From NCBI RefSeq assembly GCF_009914755.1, contig NC_060947.1: a DNA stretch of 64,000 nucleotides; one strand, 5' to 3'. Shown here in pieces: positions 13,305 to 24,620 of the stretch. The position numbers and the translations under genes are program-made. Positions within the stretch are counted from its first letter, which is position 1. Every line of letters starts with the position of its first letter. The notes below the pieces were generated by a model that saw nothing but the letters and a program-made list of their open reading frames with translations, did no database searches and was not told the origin of the DNA. The DNA comes from the human T2T-CHM13v2.0 reference genome, Homo sapiens.

Positions 13305-13945
13305 TCTGTATTGTTTGTGGTCTGGCTTCTCTTGTTCAACTCATGGTTTTAAAGTCCATCCACATTATCCTATGTATATGTGGTTTATTTACTCTTACTG
13401 CAGTGTAGTATTCCATTTTGTGAATATACCACATTTTATTTATCTATTTTCCTGCTGCTGAGCAGTTTAGGTTTTAGAAATATTTTGAATAGCACGTCTA
13501 TGAAAATTTTCTTCATGTCTTTTGATGCAGATATTTACAAATTTATGTTAAGTATATTACTAGGAAGAAAACTTTTGGGGCATAGGATATGAATATAATC
13601 AACCGAGTAAATAATCCTGAAGATTCTACTAAACCAATTGTACCAATTTATAATCCCACTAACTGAATGAGGGTTCCAGTAGCTGATCTTACTCATTGAG
13701 ATAATCTATTTAATTCTCTTAAATGTCAGGAGGTAATTACCTTTGGAATAGCAGTGACTGAAAAGGATGCAGAAAAATAGGGATTCTGAGTTATTGGTCA
13801 TGTTCTTTTCCTTCATCTACTTGCAGGCTACAATAGTTTGTTTAGTTTGTAAAAACTTAAAAATTATACACTCATAGTTTTTGTGCTTTTCTGTATGTAT
13901 ATTTTACTGCAATAAAAATTAAAATGAATAAATACATTTTTAAAA
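13305..13945. mobile_element. Old L1MD/ME-type 3' end with inverted 5' part (minus ~13305-13690, plus ~13700-13945)
   Basis: A minus-strand segment tctggcttctcttgttcaactcatgg... is followed by a plus-strand 3' terminus ...ttttctgtatgtatattttactgcaataaaaatt. Confidence 0.6.
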
Positions 13946-14494
13946 AGAAAAATACTTTGTTTGGATTTATAAAAGCTTATGTAAGTCACTCATAAGAGAC
14001 ATGCCTTAAAAACACAAGATTGAAGGATTTTAAAAAATAAAACTTATGAAGTTATTCTAATATAAACAAAACAGTTTATGATAAAGAGAATTGCTACAGA
14101 TAAAGAGGAACATTTTACAATGCTAAAATGCTCATTCAACATAAATATCTAATTATCCTACATTTATATACAATAAAAATTAAGGCCCAAAGTATTTAAA
14201 AGAAAAGCAAAACTTTGAAGAGAAATTTAAAAAAAAGCCCCACATGATAGTTGGTTATTTTAACGTATTTCGCTCAATACCATCAGTTATTGAGAACAGG
14301 CAGGAACAAACTAGTAGGTATAAAAACAATTTAAAGAACATATATAGCAATTTTGACACAATTAATGTATATAGAACACTCCATCTAGCAATAAGAGATT
14401 CCACATTATTTTCTAGTGCATTTAGAATATTTACCATAATTGACTATATGTTTGGCAATAAGCAAGTCTCCACAAGTTTAAAAAGACTGAAATC

Positions 14495-15460
14495 TTCCCC
14501 TTCCTGTGTCCAAGTGTTTTCATTGTTCAATTCCCACCTATGAGTGAGAACATGCAGTGTTTGGTTTTTTGTCCCTGCGATAGTTTGCTGAGAATGATGG
14601 TTTCCAGCTTCATCCATGTCCCTACAAAGGACATGAACTCATCCTTTTTTATGGCTGCATAGTATTCCATGGTGTATGTGTGCCACATTTTCTTAATCCA
14701 GTCTATCATTGATGGACATTTGGGTTGGTTCCAAGTCTTTGCTATTGTGAATAGTGCTGCAATAAACATACGTGTGCATGTGTCTTTATAGCAGCATGAT
14801 TTATAGTCCTTTGGGTATATACCCAGTAATGGGATGGCTGGGTCAAATGGTATTTCTAGTTCTAGGTCCTTGAGGAATCGCCACACTGACTTCCACAATG
14901 GTTGAACCAGTTTACAGTCCCACCATGTAAAAGTGTTCCTATTTCTCCACATCCTCTCCAGCACCTGTTGTTTCCTGATTTTTTAATGATCACCATTCTA
15001 ACTGGTGTGAGATGGTATCTCATTGTGGTTTTGATTTGCATTTCTCTGATGGCCAGTGATGATGAGCATTTTTTCATGTGTCTGTTGGCTGCATAAATGT
15101 CTTCTTTTGAGAAATGTCTGTTCATATCCTTCACCCACTTTTTGATGGGGTTGTTTTTTTCTTGTAAATTTGTTTGAGTTCTTTGTAGATTCTGGATATT
15201 AGCCCTTTGTCAGAGGGATACATTGCAAAAATTTTCTCCCATTCTGTAGGCTGCCTGTTCACTCTGATGGTAGGGGCCTGTGGTGGGGTGAGGGGTGGGG
15301 GGAGGGATAGCATTAGGAGATATACCTAATGTAAACGATGAGTTAATGTGTGCAGCACACCAACATGGCACATGTATACATATGTAACAAACCTGCACGT
15401 TGTGCACACGTACCATAGAACTTAAAGTATAATAAAAATTAAATAAATAAATAAATAAAT
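14495..15460. mobile_element. 5'-truncated, inverted (twin-primed) L1PA5/6-like element
   Basis: 14495-15273 is a minus-strand ORF2 C-terminus and 3' UTR (ORF 14527..14964). 15274-15460 is the plus-strand 3' end with an (AAAT)n tail. TSD AAGACTGAAATC at 14483-14494 and 15461-15472. Confidence 0.92.
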
Positions 15461-15472
15461 AAGACTGAAATC

Positions 15473-16958
15473 TGGCAGCGGTGCTAGGAGTCTCCTGGAC
15501 GCAGTGCCAGGAAGTGGCTGCGGCACAGCGCGTAGCGTGCCTTAGCAGCAGCAGCAGTATTGGAGGCACACCCTCGCCATCACAGCCCCTGCGATGGTGC
15601 AGCCACCCTCGCTCCTTCTCCTCTTCCTCCCTTCGCTGGCACCATGTCTGATCAGCTGACCGAAGAACAGATTGCTGAATTCAGGGAAGCTTTCTCTATT
15701 GGATAAAGATGGCGATGGCACCATCACAACAAAGGAACCTGGAACTGTCATGAGGTCACTGGGTCAGAAGCCGAATTACGGGATATGATCAACGAAGTGG
15801 ATGCCAATGGTAACGACACCATTGACTTCCCCGAATTTTTGGCTATGATAGCTAGAAAAATGAAAGATACAGATAGTAAAGAAGAAATCCATGAGGCATT
15901 CTGAGTCTTTGACAAGGGTGGCAATGGTTACATCAGTGCAGCAGAACTATGTCACGTCATGACAAACAGGAGAAAAACTAACAGATGAAGAAGTAGATGA
16001 AATGATCAGAGAAGCAGATATTGATAGAGGCTAACAAGTCAACTATGAAGAATTCATACAGATGACTGCAAAATGAAGACCTATTTTCAACTCCTTTTTC
16101 TCCCTTCTAGAAAAATCAAATTGAATCTTTTACTTACCTCTTATAAAAAAAATAGAAAAAAGAAAAAAGTTCATTTATTTATTTCTACATAGCAAAACTG
16201 AATGTCAGAAGTACCTTCTGACCACACAAAAAATCTGTATGTATTGGTTGATGGTCCTGCCCCCTGAAGATCAAGCTACACATCAGTTTTACAATATAAA
16301 TACTTGTACTACCTTAATGAAAAGGACTCCTTAAAGTGCCATTTGCTAATGATTAATACACTGTTCGGGGTGGCCAGTTTTTTATGTATGCAAATTGACG
16401 ATTGAGCACAGTCAGGCATTTGTATTAAAAACGAAAAATGGAAAAACAAATTCAAAACCTATTCAAATGTGTTCTAGTTCAATTTGTTCAGTATAAATTG
16501 TCATAGCTGGTTTACTGAAAACAAACACATTTAAAATTCGTTTACCTCAGGATGACATGCAGAAAAATGGGTGAAGGATAAACCATGAGACATGGCCTCA
16601 CTAGTAGGATTGGCCTCTTTTACTTCATGTACTCTGACCCATGGTGACAATGACACACCCTGGTGGCATGCCCATGTATGTTTGTTTAGCATTGTCTGCA
16701 TTGTTCTAGAGTGAAACAGGTGTCAGGTTGTCACTGTCCACACAAAATTTTAATAGGAAACCTTTACCAATGGAGCATTTTTGGACTCTCTCTTTTTAAA
16801 ACCTTCTGAACCATAACTTGGAGCCTGCAGAATAGGCTGTGGCTGTAGACTTCAGCACAACCGTCAACATTGCTGTTCAAGAAATTACAATTTACATCCA
16901 TTCCAAGTTGTAAATGATAGTATTTTTTTCCAATTAAAAACACCCTTAAGTTAAAAGT
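15473..16958 (+). pseudogene. CALM1: Processed pseudogene of calmodulin 1 (CALM1 retrocopy; probably one of the known CALM1P loci)
   Basis: Intronless copy with the CALM1 5' UTR (CAG run, ...cttcgctggcaccATG). ATG at 15644 ([13 protein letters not shown]), EF-hand remnants [12 protein letters not shown] and IDFPEF, and terminal ACTGCAAAATGA at 16065-16076, followed by ~0.9 kb of 3' UTR. Disabled by a 2-bp deletion (~15696), a 10-bp deletion (~15770), CGA>TGA (15902-15904) and a 2-bp deletion (~15968). Flanked by AAGACTGAAATC at 15461-15472 and 16960-16971. Confidence 0.95.
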
Positions 16959-17227
16959 AAAGACTGAAATCATACAGTGTCTTCTTTCTGATGATAGTAA
17001 AATTAAGCTAGATACTAATAATGCAAAATTTAAAAACTCATATTTTTGAAAATTAAAAGCATTTACTTTTATTAATCCTCAAATCAAAAATCCCATGATA
17101 TATTTTAGAAAATTTTTGAAACAAAAGAATATAAAATGTAATGTTTGAATATATGCAGGATGCAGTAAAAACTCTGCTGAGAAAAGACGCAAGATTAAAA
17201 GGAAACATTAAATATGAATGACGTAGG

Positions 17228-17430
17228 ACATAAATATGAGACCGATGGACACTGTGGACTACCGAAGGGAGAAGAGAGTTGAGTGGGTTAAAAAAGCTAC
17301 CTGTTGGATTTTCTGCTCATTACCAGGGTGACGGGATCCATAAGCCAAACCACAGCATCATGCAATGGTCCCATGGCATAACCCTACACATGTACCCCCT
17401 GTACATAAAATAGAAGTTGAAGTTTTAAAA
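17228..17430 (+). mobile_element. Short L1PB/L1PA16-like 3' fragment
   Basis: gacactgtggactac...cagcatcatgcaat...catgtaccccctg. TSD-like aatga(c/t)gta(g/a)g on both sides. Confidence 0.7.
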
Positions 17431-17517
17431 AATGATGTAAGCTTCCACCTCATGCAGTTAAAAAATAACAGCAAATTAACTCCCCCAAAAAAGTAGAAAG
17501 AGGAATTAATAAAATTA

Positions 17518-17950
17518 TGTATCAGTTAGGGTTCCCTAGAGGGACAGAACTAATAGGATATATATACATATATATATATATGTGTGAGTTTATTTCATGA
17601 TCACATGGTCCCACAATAGGCTGTGTGCAAGCTGAGGAGCAAGGAGAGCCAGTCCGCATCTCAAAGCTGAGAAACTTGGAGTCTGATGTTTGAGGGCAGG
17701 AAGCATCCAGCACAGGAGAAAGATGTAGGCTGGGAGGCTAGGCCAGTCTCATCTTTTCACGTTTTTCTGCCTGCTTTATACTCGCTGGCAGCTGATTAGA
17801 TTGTGCCCACCAGATTAAGGGTGGGTCTGCCTTCTTCAGCTCAGTGACTCAAGTGTTAATCTCTTTGGCAACACCCTCACAGACACACGCAGGATCAGTA
17901 ATTTGCATCCTTCAATCCAATCGAGTTGACACTCAGTATTAACCATCACG
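17518..17950 (-). mobile_element. MLT2A (HERV-L) solo LTR, MLT2A1-like
   Basis: tgtatcagttagggttccctagagggacagaactaatagga(TA)n...tttggcaacaccctcacagacac...gacactcagtattaaccatcac matches the MLT2A reverse complement. Confidence 0.9.
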
Positions 17951-18632
17951 AAATGTAATCAAAATCGATGAAATAGTAAATAAAATAGAGAAAATCAATA
18001 AAGACATAATTTAGTTCATTGAAAATATGAATAAAATTGATAAACTCCTAACAAGCCAAATCAAGGTGAAAAAAGGGAAAGAGATGTTATAATGTATTGA
18101 ATCATGAAATAAAAAGAGGCAGCATTACCAATCACAGAAACATTAAAAGATAATAAAAGAGAATTATGAAAAATATTTTGCAAATAAAATTGAGTGATAT
18201 AGAAAAAAATCATCGAAAAACATACCTTGTTAAAGCTGACATAAGAAAATAGGACATGTAAATAGTCATATCTATTAAATTAAATTCTTAATTAAAATCT
18301 TCCCACAAAGAAAACTCAAGCCTCAGATGGCTTCACTGGAAACTTTTTCCATATTTTAATGAAGAAATTACTCCTATATTACGTACAATTCCAATAAAAA
18401 GAAAAAGAAAAGAAAAGGAAACACTCTCCACTGATTTTATGAGCCAGATAATGTCTATTTAAATCTGATAAGGACGTTTGAAAAGAGGGGAGAAATACAA
18501 GTCAATGTATCTCATAAACTTAGATGCAAAATTCATAAAAAGATATTATTAAATAAAATTTAGAAATATATAAATAGGTTAATATTAATACCCAAATATC
18601 TAAATGTGAAGTATTTGAGGAATACAATATTT

Positions 18633-21600
18633 GTCTTTTTATGTTGTATTTTATTTATAACTAAATCATCGTACATGTTTATGGGATACACTGTGATGTT
18701 TCAATACAGGTATACATAGTGTAACGATCAAATCAGAGTAATTAGCTCATTGATCACTTTAAACATTTTTCAAATTTGGAATAACACTCGAAATCCTCTC
18801 TTCTAGTTATCTTGAAATATACAATTAATTATTAGCTATAGTCACCCTTTTGTATAATAGAGCACCAGAATTTAGTCTTCCTTCCCTGAGATAAACGTTT
18901 TCAGATTCCACATATAAGTAAGATCACATGGTATTTGTCTTTCTGTGTCTGGCTTATTTCACTTGGCATAATGTCCTCTAGTTTCATCCACATTGCTTCA
19001 AATTACAGGATTTTATTATATTCTATGGCTAAATCATATTTGATTGTTATATATATTATGTACACATATAAACAATGGTATATGAAACAATGTTATATAT
19101 AAGCAATGTTACACATATAAAACAATATATGTGTATATATACATATGTGTGTGTGTATATATGTATATATCATCTTTTTTATTCATTTATTTGTAGATAG
19201 GCACTTAAGTTGATTTCATTTCTTGGCTATTGTGAATAGTGTTGCAATAAACATGAGAATGCAGGTATCTCTTTAACATGCTGATTTCATTACTTTTAGA
19301 TATATACCAAATATTAGGACTGCTGCATAATATGGCAGTTCTACTTTTTGCTTTCTGAGAAGTCTCCAAACTGTTTTTTTAAATGGCTATACTAATTTAC
19401 AGTTGCATATAGATCTTATTCCAGATCTTAGAATAAAAGCTTTTAACTTTTCATGATTCAGTAAAATATTAGCTGTGAGTTTGCCATATATGGCTTTTAT
19501 TTTGTTGAGATATATTCCTTCTATACCCAATTTGTTGGTAGTTTTTATCATAAAAGAATGCCAAATTTTAACAGATGCCTTTCAGCAGTTATTGAAATAA
19601 TCGTATGGCTCTTGTCCTTGATTCTGTTAATGTGATGTACCATGTTTATTGATTTGTGTATGTTGAAGCATCCTTGCATCCCTGGGGTGAATCCCACTTG
19701 ATCATGGTAAACGGTCTTTTAAAAGTGTTGTTGAATTTGGTTTGCTAGTATTTTGTTGAGTATTTTTGCATCTATGTTCATTAGATAGATTACCCTGTAG
19801 GTTTCTATTTTTTTATTGTGTCCTTATCTGGTATTGGTACCAAGGTAATGCTGTCTTTGTAAAATAAGTTTGGAAGTATTTCCTCCTCTTTAATTTTTTT
19901 GGAATAGTTCGAGTATAATTGGTATTAGTCCTTCTTTAAATGTTTGGTAGAATTCAGTAGTGAAAATGTTAGCCCTCGAGCTTTCTTTTGATAGAATATA
20001 TTTTATTACTGCTTCAATTGTGTTACTTATTATTGGTCTGTTCAGGTTTTCTATTTTTTCCTGACTCAATCTTGACTGGTTGGATGTACCCAGGAATGTT
20101 TTAAATTCATTTTTAATGTTTAAATTGATTTGTTGGTTGTTCATGCATGTGTTAATTTTCATGTATTTGTACAGTTTCTGAAGTTCTTCCTGTTATTTAT
20201 TTCTTGTTTTATTCCATTGTGGTCAAAAAAGATACTAAAGAAAATTTTGATTTTTTAAAATGTGTTAAAACTTGTTTTCTGGTCTAACATATGATCTATC
20301 CTGGACAGTGTTCCATGTGTTGTTGAGAAAAAATGTATATTCTACAGCTGTTGGATGGAATATTCTCTAAATGTCTGTTAGGTCTATTTCATTTAGAGTG
20401 CAGTTTAACTCTGATATATTTTCTTTCTATTTTTCATCTGGATGATACGTCCATTGCTGAAAGTGGAGTGCTGATGTTCCTTACTATTATTGTACTGCCA
20501 TTAACTCCCTTTAACTCTATTAATGTTTGCTTTATAAATTTAGGTGCGCCAGTGTTGGATGCATACATATTTTTAATTGTCATATCCTCTTGCTGTATTG
20601 ACCACTTAATCATTACATAATGACCTTATTTGTCTTTCTTACCATGATTGATTTAATGTCTATTTTATTGATACTAGTCTAGATACTCTTGCTCTTTTTA
20701 TGCTCATTTGCATAAAGTATCTTTTTCCATTTTTTTTTTTACTTTTAGTTCATGTGTGTCTTTATAGGTCAAGTGAGTTTCTTGTAGGCAGCATATAATT
20801 GGGTTTTATTCATTATTATTCAACCACTATATGTCTTTTAATTGGAGAATTAACCTATTTACATTTAATGTTACTATTGATAGGTAAAGTCTTACTACTG
20901 CTATTTTGTTATTTGTTTTCTGGTTGTTTTGTACATCTCTTTTTTCTTTCTTCCTCTCTTACTGCCTTCCTTTGTGGTTAATTGCTTTCCTCTAGTAGTA
21001 TTTTTTGGTTCCTTGCTTTGTATTTTCAGCATATCTATTATAGACTTTTGCTTTATGGCTACCATGATGCCTAATAAAAATATAGTTACAACAAGTTGTT
21101 CTAAAATGCTAACAACTTAACTTTGATCACAAATAAAAGATGCAAACAAAAAACTGTACATTTTACCTTTAATACTTTCACATTTTGATGTTAGATATTT
21201 CTATTTACATCTTTTTTAATTGTCTTCTTTAACAAATTGTTGCAAGCATTAATCTTTTTAATAGTTTTGTCTTTTAGTCTTTTTGTAAAAATTTTGTAAA
21301 CACCTAGGCTCAATCAATCCATTCATCTCATCCTCCGAAAGTGCTGGGATTACTTCATTCTTTATTTTTCTTTTATCTCTTCTGACAGTATTTTCAAATG
21401 GCCTGTCTTTGAGATTACTGATTATTCTGCTTGGTCAATTCCTTTGTAGAGACCCTTTCATGCATTTTTTTATTTTATTTTTTTTTACTGTATTTTTCAG
21501 CTTTAGGATTTCAGTTTCATTTTTTTTATTTCAATCTCTCTTTTAAAGTTATCTGATATGTTCTGTATTATTTCTCTGTGTTTTCTTGAAGTTTGTTATT

Positions 21601-22433
21601 TCAAAATGCATATTTTAAATTCCCTATCTAAGATACCTAAGAGATCACATACCTCCATCTCTCTAGATTTGGTCACTTGTGCCTAATTTATTCTGTTTAG
21701 TGAGGTTATATTTCTGTGAATATTCTGGATGCTTCTTGACACATATTGATACTTGGGCATTGAATAATAATTAGGTGTTTACTACAGTCTTCTCAGTCTG
21801 ACCATGTTTATACTTGTCCTTTTTCAGAGGGCCTTTTAGGAATTCATAGGGAACTAATTGTGTTCCCTAAGCCTGTGGTCACTGCAGCCATTTCAGCACT
21901 AGAGGACACCCTATGCCTAAGTTTGCCATTCTGGCACTAAAATTCATTTGCACTGAGCCACTTAAATCAGCTGGTGATGATGTGGGCAGGGACTCAAGTC
22001 CATTCTGCTTGGGTGACAGATTCCCTTCTGACATTGAGGCAGGTCTAGAAGCTCTTTTCATGATCACCACTCTGAAATCAGGGATGATGGGGTTTCTACC
22101 CAGTGCTGTGTTTTACTGTGGCATACCTGGCACTGGCTTCCAAGGCACAGTCTCAGGCACACTTCCTTCTCCCTCCTCCAATTGGATGGTGTTTCTTTTC
22201 ATTATGCCTGGTGTTCAGGGAGCATTGATGCAGGCAATGCAAGATTGTCCTTCCTACACTCTTCAATGCATCTTTTTTGTTATTATGCTAAAATCAGGTA
22301 CTGTGATCTTTCACCTGTTTTTCTTAGCTGTTGGGAAGGTATTGTCTTGCATTAAAAGCCATTCAAATTGATGTTTCTTCAGGGGGTCAATCACTGGAGG
22401 ATCCTATTGCACCATCGAGCTCTGCTTCACTTC
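18633..22433 (-). mobile_element. Internally deleted L1MA-type element retaining both ends
   Basis: L1MA 3' UTR at 18640-19400, an abrupt jump to the RT region at ~19410, ORF2/ORF1 remnants, and a 5' end whose reverse complement resembles gagcaagatggc.gaatag at ~22395-22433. The host L1 resumes after it, with a tacaat-like duplication. Confidence 0.75.
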
Positions 22434-22721
22434 TACAATGTTTAAAAGAAAATCAATCAATGTAATTCCCCGTATTGATAAAATAAAGATGAAAATAATT
22501 ACAAACAATACAATAAAAATATTGAATTTAATCCTTGTTCGTAATTTTTAGTCTGATAAAGGGCATCTATATAAAACCTATGGCAAGGATCATACTTAAA
22601 AGTGAAATATTGAAAATGCTCTTCTTGAAATTAGGTATGAGGCAAAAATATCTGTTATCATCATATCTAGACAACATTATACTGGAGATTCTAGCCAGTA
22701 TATAAATTAGAAAGGCTGATA

Positions 22722-22936
22722 CAGGTTGAGTATACCTTATCAAAAATGCTTGAAACCAGTGTTTCAAATTTCAGATTTTTTTAAATTTTAGAATATTTGC
22801 ATTATACTTACTGATTGAACATCCCTAATCTGAAAATTTGAAAACTGAGATACTCCAATGAATATCTCCTTTGAGTGTCACATCGACACTAAAAAATTTT
22901 TCAGGTTTTACCATGGTTATGGATTAGGATGCTCAA
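22722..22936. mobile_element. Tigger4b (MER46/Zombi)-like DNA transposon
   Basis: Terminal caggttgagtat...ggattaggatgctcaa with internal tttcagattttt...gaatatttgcattatactta; preceded by TA. Confidence 0.75.
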
Positions 22937-23297
22937 TATTTAAAATATACTAGCTGTTCTTTAATTAATCTAATATTCAATGAAATTTGATTCAAAATTC
23001 CAGCACCTAGTTTTATGTTAAATGATCAGCTGATTCTAATATTTATATGGTAATACAAATGGCCAAGAACAGCTAAGATCCTCTTGAAAAAGAATACATC
23101 TGGGTTGCTTAAACCACCAAATAGACTGAAATGGGAGATTTGGGTGGCATACCACACGACCTATTACAAATATTATACTAAATGGTGAAACGCTAAAATC
23201 ATTTTCATTAAAACCAAGAACAAGACAGAGTTTGTGTTGTCAACATTATTGAAGATTTGAGTATTTTAAGAGTATTTAAAAAATTCTAGCTAATATA

Positions 23298-23353
23298 TTA
23301 GGTTGCCATTACTTTCAATGGTAAAGACCACGATTACTTTTGCACCAACCCAA
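23298..23353. mobile_element. MADE1 (Hsmar1 MITE) with a partly deleted left TIR
   Basis: ttaggtt|gccattactttcaatggtaaagaccacgattacttttgcaccaacccaa. Confidence 0.8.
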
Positions 23354-24044
23354 TAGGATTAAAAACCTCTTGATAAATAATAGAATATAAGAAAACATCG
23401 TTACTGGTAAATTATATGGTTACACACTTTTAAAAAAGTGTAACTCAAGGAAAAGAGTTATTGGAATTAAGATAATTTGATAGATTAATGGATAAAAAGA
23501 AACATAAAAACAAGAACTTTTCTCCATGCTGTCAATAATCAACTAAAATGATGTTAGTATTATGCTGCCTACAAGCATGATTAAGGTTATAAAATACATA
23601 CAAATATATTTCATAGGAAAAAATACATTTACAATCCATTTAAAAGTTGAAAGAAATACAAAATAAGACGTAAAATATGGGGAGGTATATGTTCATATGT
23701 GGAACTATTTATTAGCACAAAATGTCAATCTTTTCAAAATTTATGTATTTAATTCTATTCAAATTGAAATCCCAATAGTTGTTTTTAATTTTATTTATAG
23801 ATGCCAAATTGAGGTTCCTATAAAAGAATAAATTTCCTATAAAAGAATAAATTGGAATAATCAAGAAAAGTATGTATAAATATTTATATATTAATCTGTA
23901 AGTATATGTGATACATATGTGTATTCAATGTAAATGTAAATATAGTATATATTTTATATGTATATAGCTATGCATTTATATCACATGTACATACACATAC
24001 GAAACCTTCATAATTGAAGAAGTATACTGGTGACATAGGACTAG

Positions 24045-24230
24045 ACACATGAGATTTGTCTTTCCTTGCCTGGCTTATTTCACTTAACATAATGACTTCC
24101 AGTCCCATCCACGTTGCTGCAAATGACAGTATTTTATTCTTTGTATGGCTGAATAATTTTCCATTGTGTGTATATAACACATTTTCTTTAACCATTCATG
24201 CAATGATGAACACTTAGGTTGAATTAGTAT
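24045..24230 (-). mobile_element. L1MA/L1PB 3' fragment
   Basis: ORF 23968..24195 contains ILSFAATWMGLEVIMLSEISQARKDK, the L1 ORF2 C-terminus. Confidence 0.8.
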
Positions 24231-24593
24231 GATTTACCAAACATTTTGAATAAAAAAAAAGACTCTTCTGTAATATAATTAAAAAATAAATTCCAGAAAA
24301 ATGTCATGTGTGTGGATGTGTGTTTATAAAACATAAAATTTAAGTCGACGTTTTTATAATCTTAGGGTTGAGAAGTTCTTCCTAAATAAGACAGAAATAC
24401 CAGAAGACATAAAAAAAGAAAAGATACACACACCTAAATGCGTGTAGTGCATATAATGCACAATGGTTTAATTTCCCTAATATATAAATTTCCTATATAT
24501 TATTAAGAAAAATAAAGACCAAATATAAAAAGGGCTAAGCCTATGCATTGATAGAAAAAACATAACTGTCTTATATATAACAATATATAACTG

Positions 24594-24620
24594 GTGTGTG
24601 TGTGTGTGTGTGTGTGTGCG
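24594..24620. repeat. (TG)n microsatellite
   Basis: Directly visible. Confidence 0.95.

Larger units (their letters stand above)
13950..18632 (+). mobile_element. Old L1M ORF2 (endonuclease to RT), host for the L1PA, CALM1 retrocopy, L1PB fragment and MLT2A; it resumes at ~22435
   Basis: ORF 14244..14543 resembles the L1 endonuclease (IVGYFN, YRTLH, IDYMFG). Sequence resumes at 16972 (atacagtgtcttctttctgatg). RT-like cagatggcttcactgg at ~18325. Confidence 0.75.

Noticed and set aside
15644-16076. Functional calmodulin gene
   Set aside because: A frameshift after about 17 codons, further deletions and an in-frame TGA. No long ORF appears in the track.
14483-16971. CRISPR-like or recombinase-site reading of the thrice-repeated 12-mer
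   Set aside because: Spacing of 1-1.5 kb, retroposed inserts with tails and the eukaryotic context all identify the copies as TSDs.
21913-22371. 152-aa ORF as a possible ORF0-like product
   Set aside because: It is antisense to a decayed L1M 5' region and has no recognisable homology. ORF0 is described for younger primate L1PA 5' UTRs.
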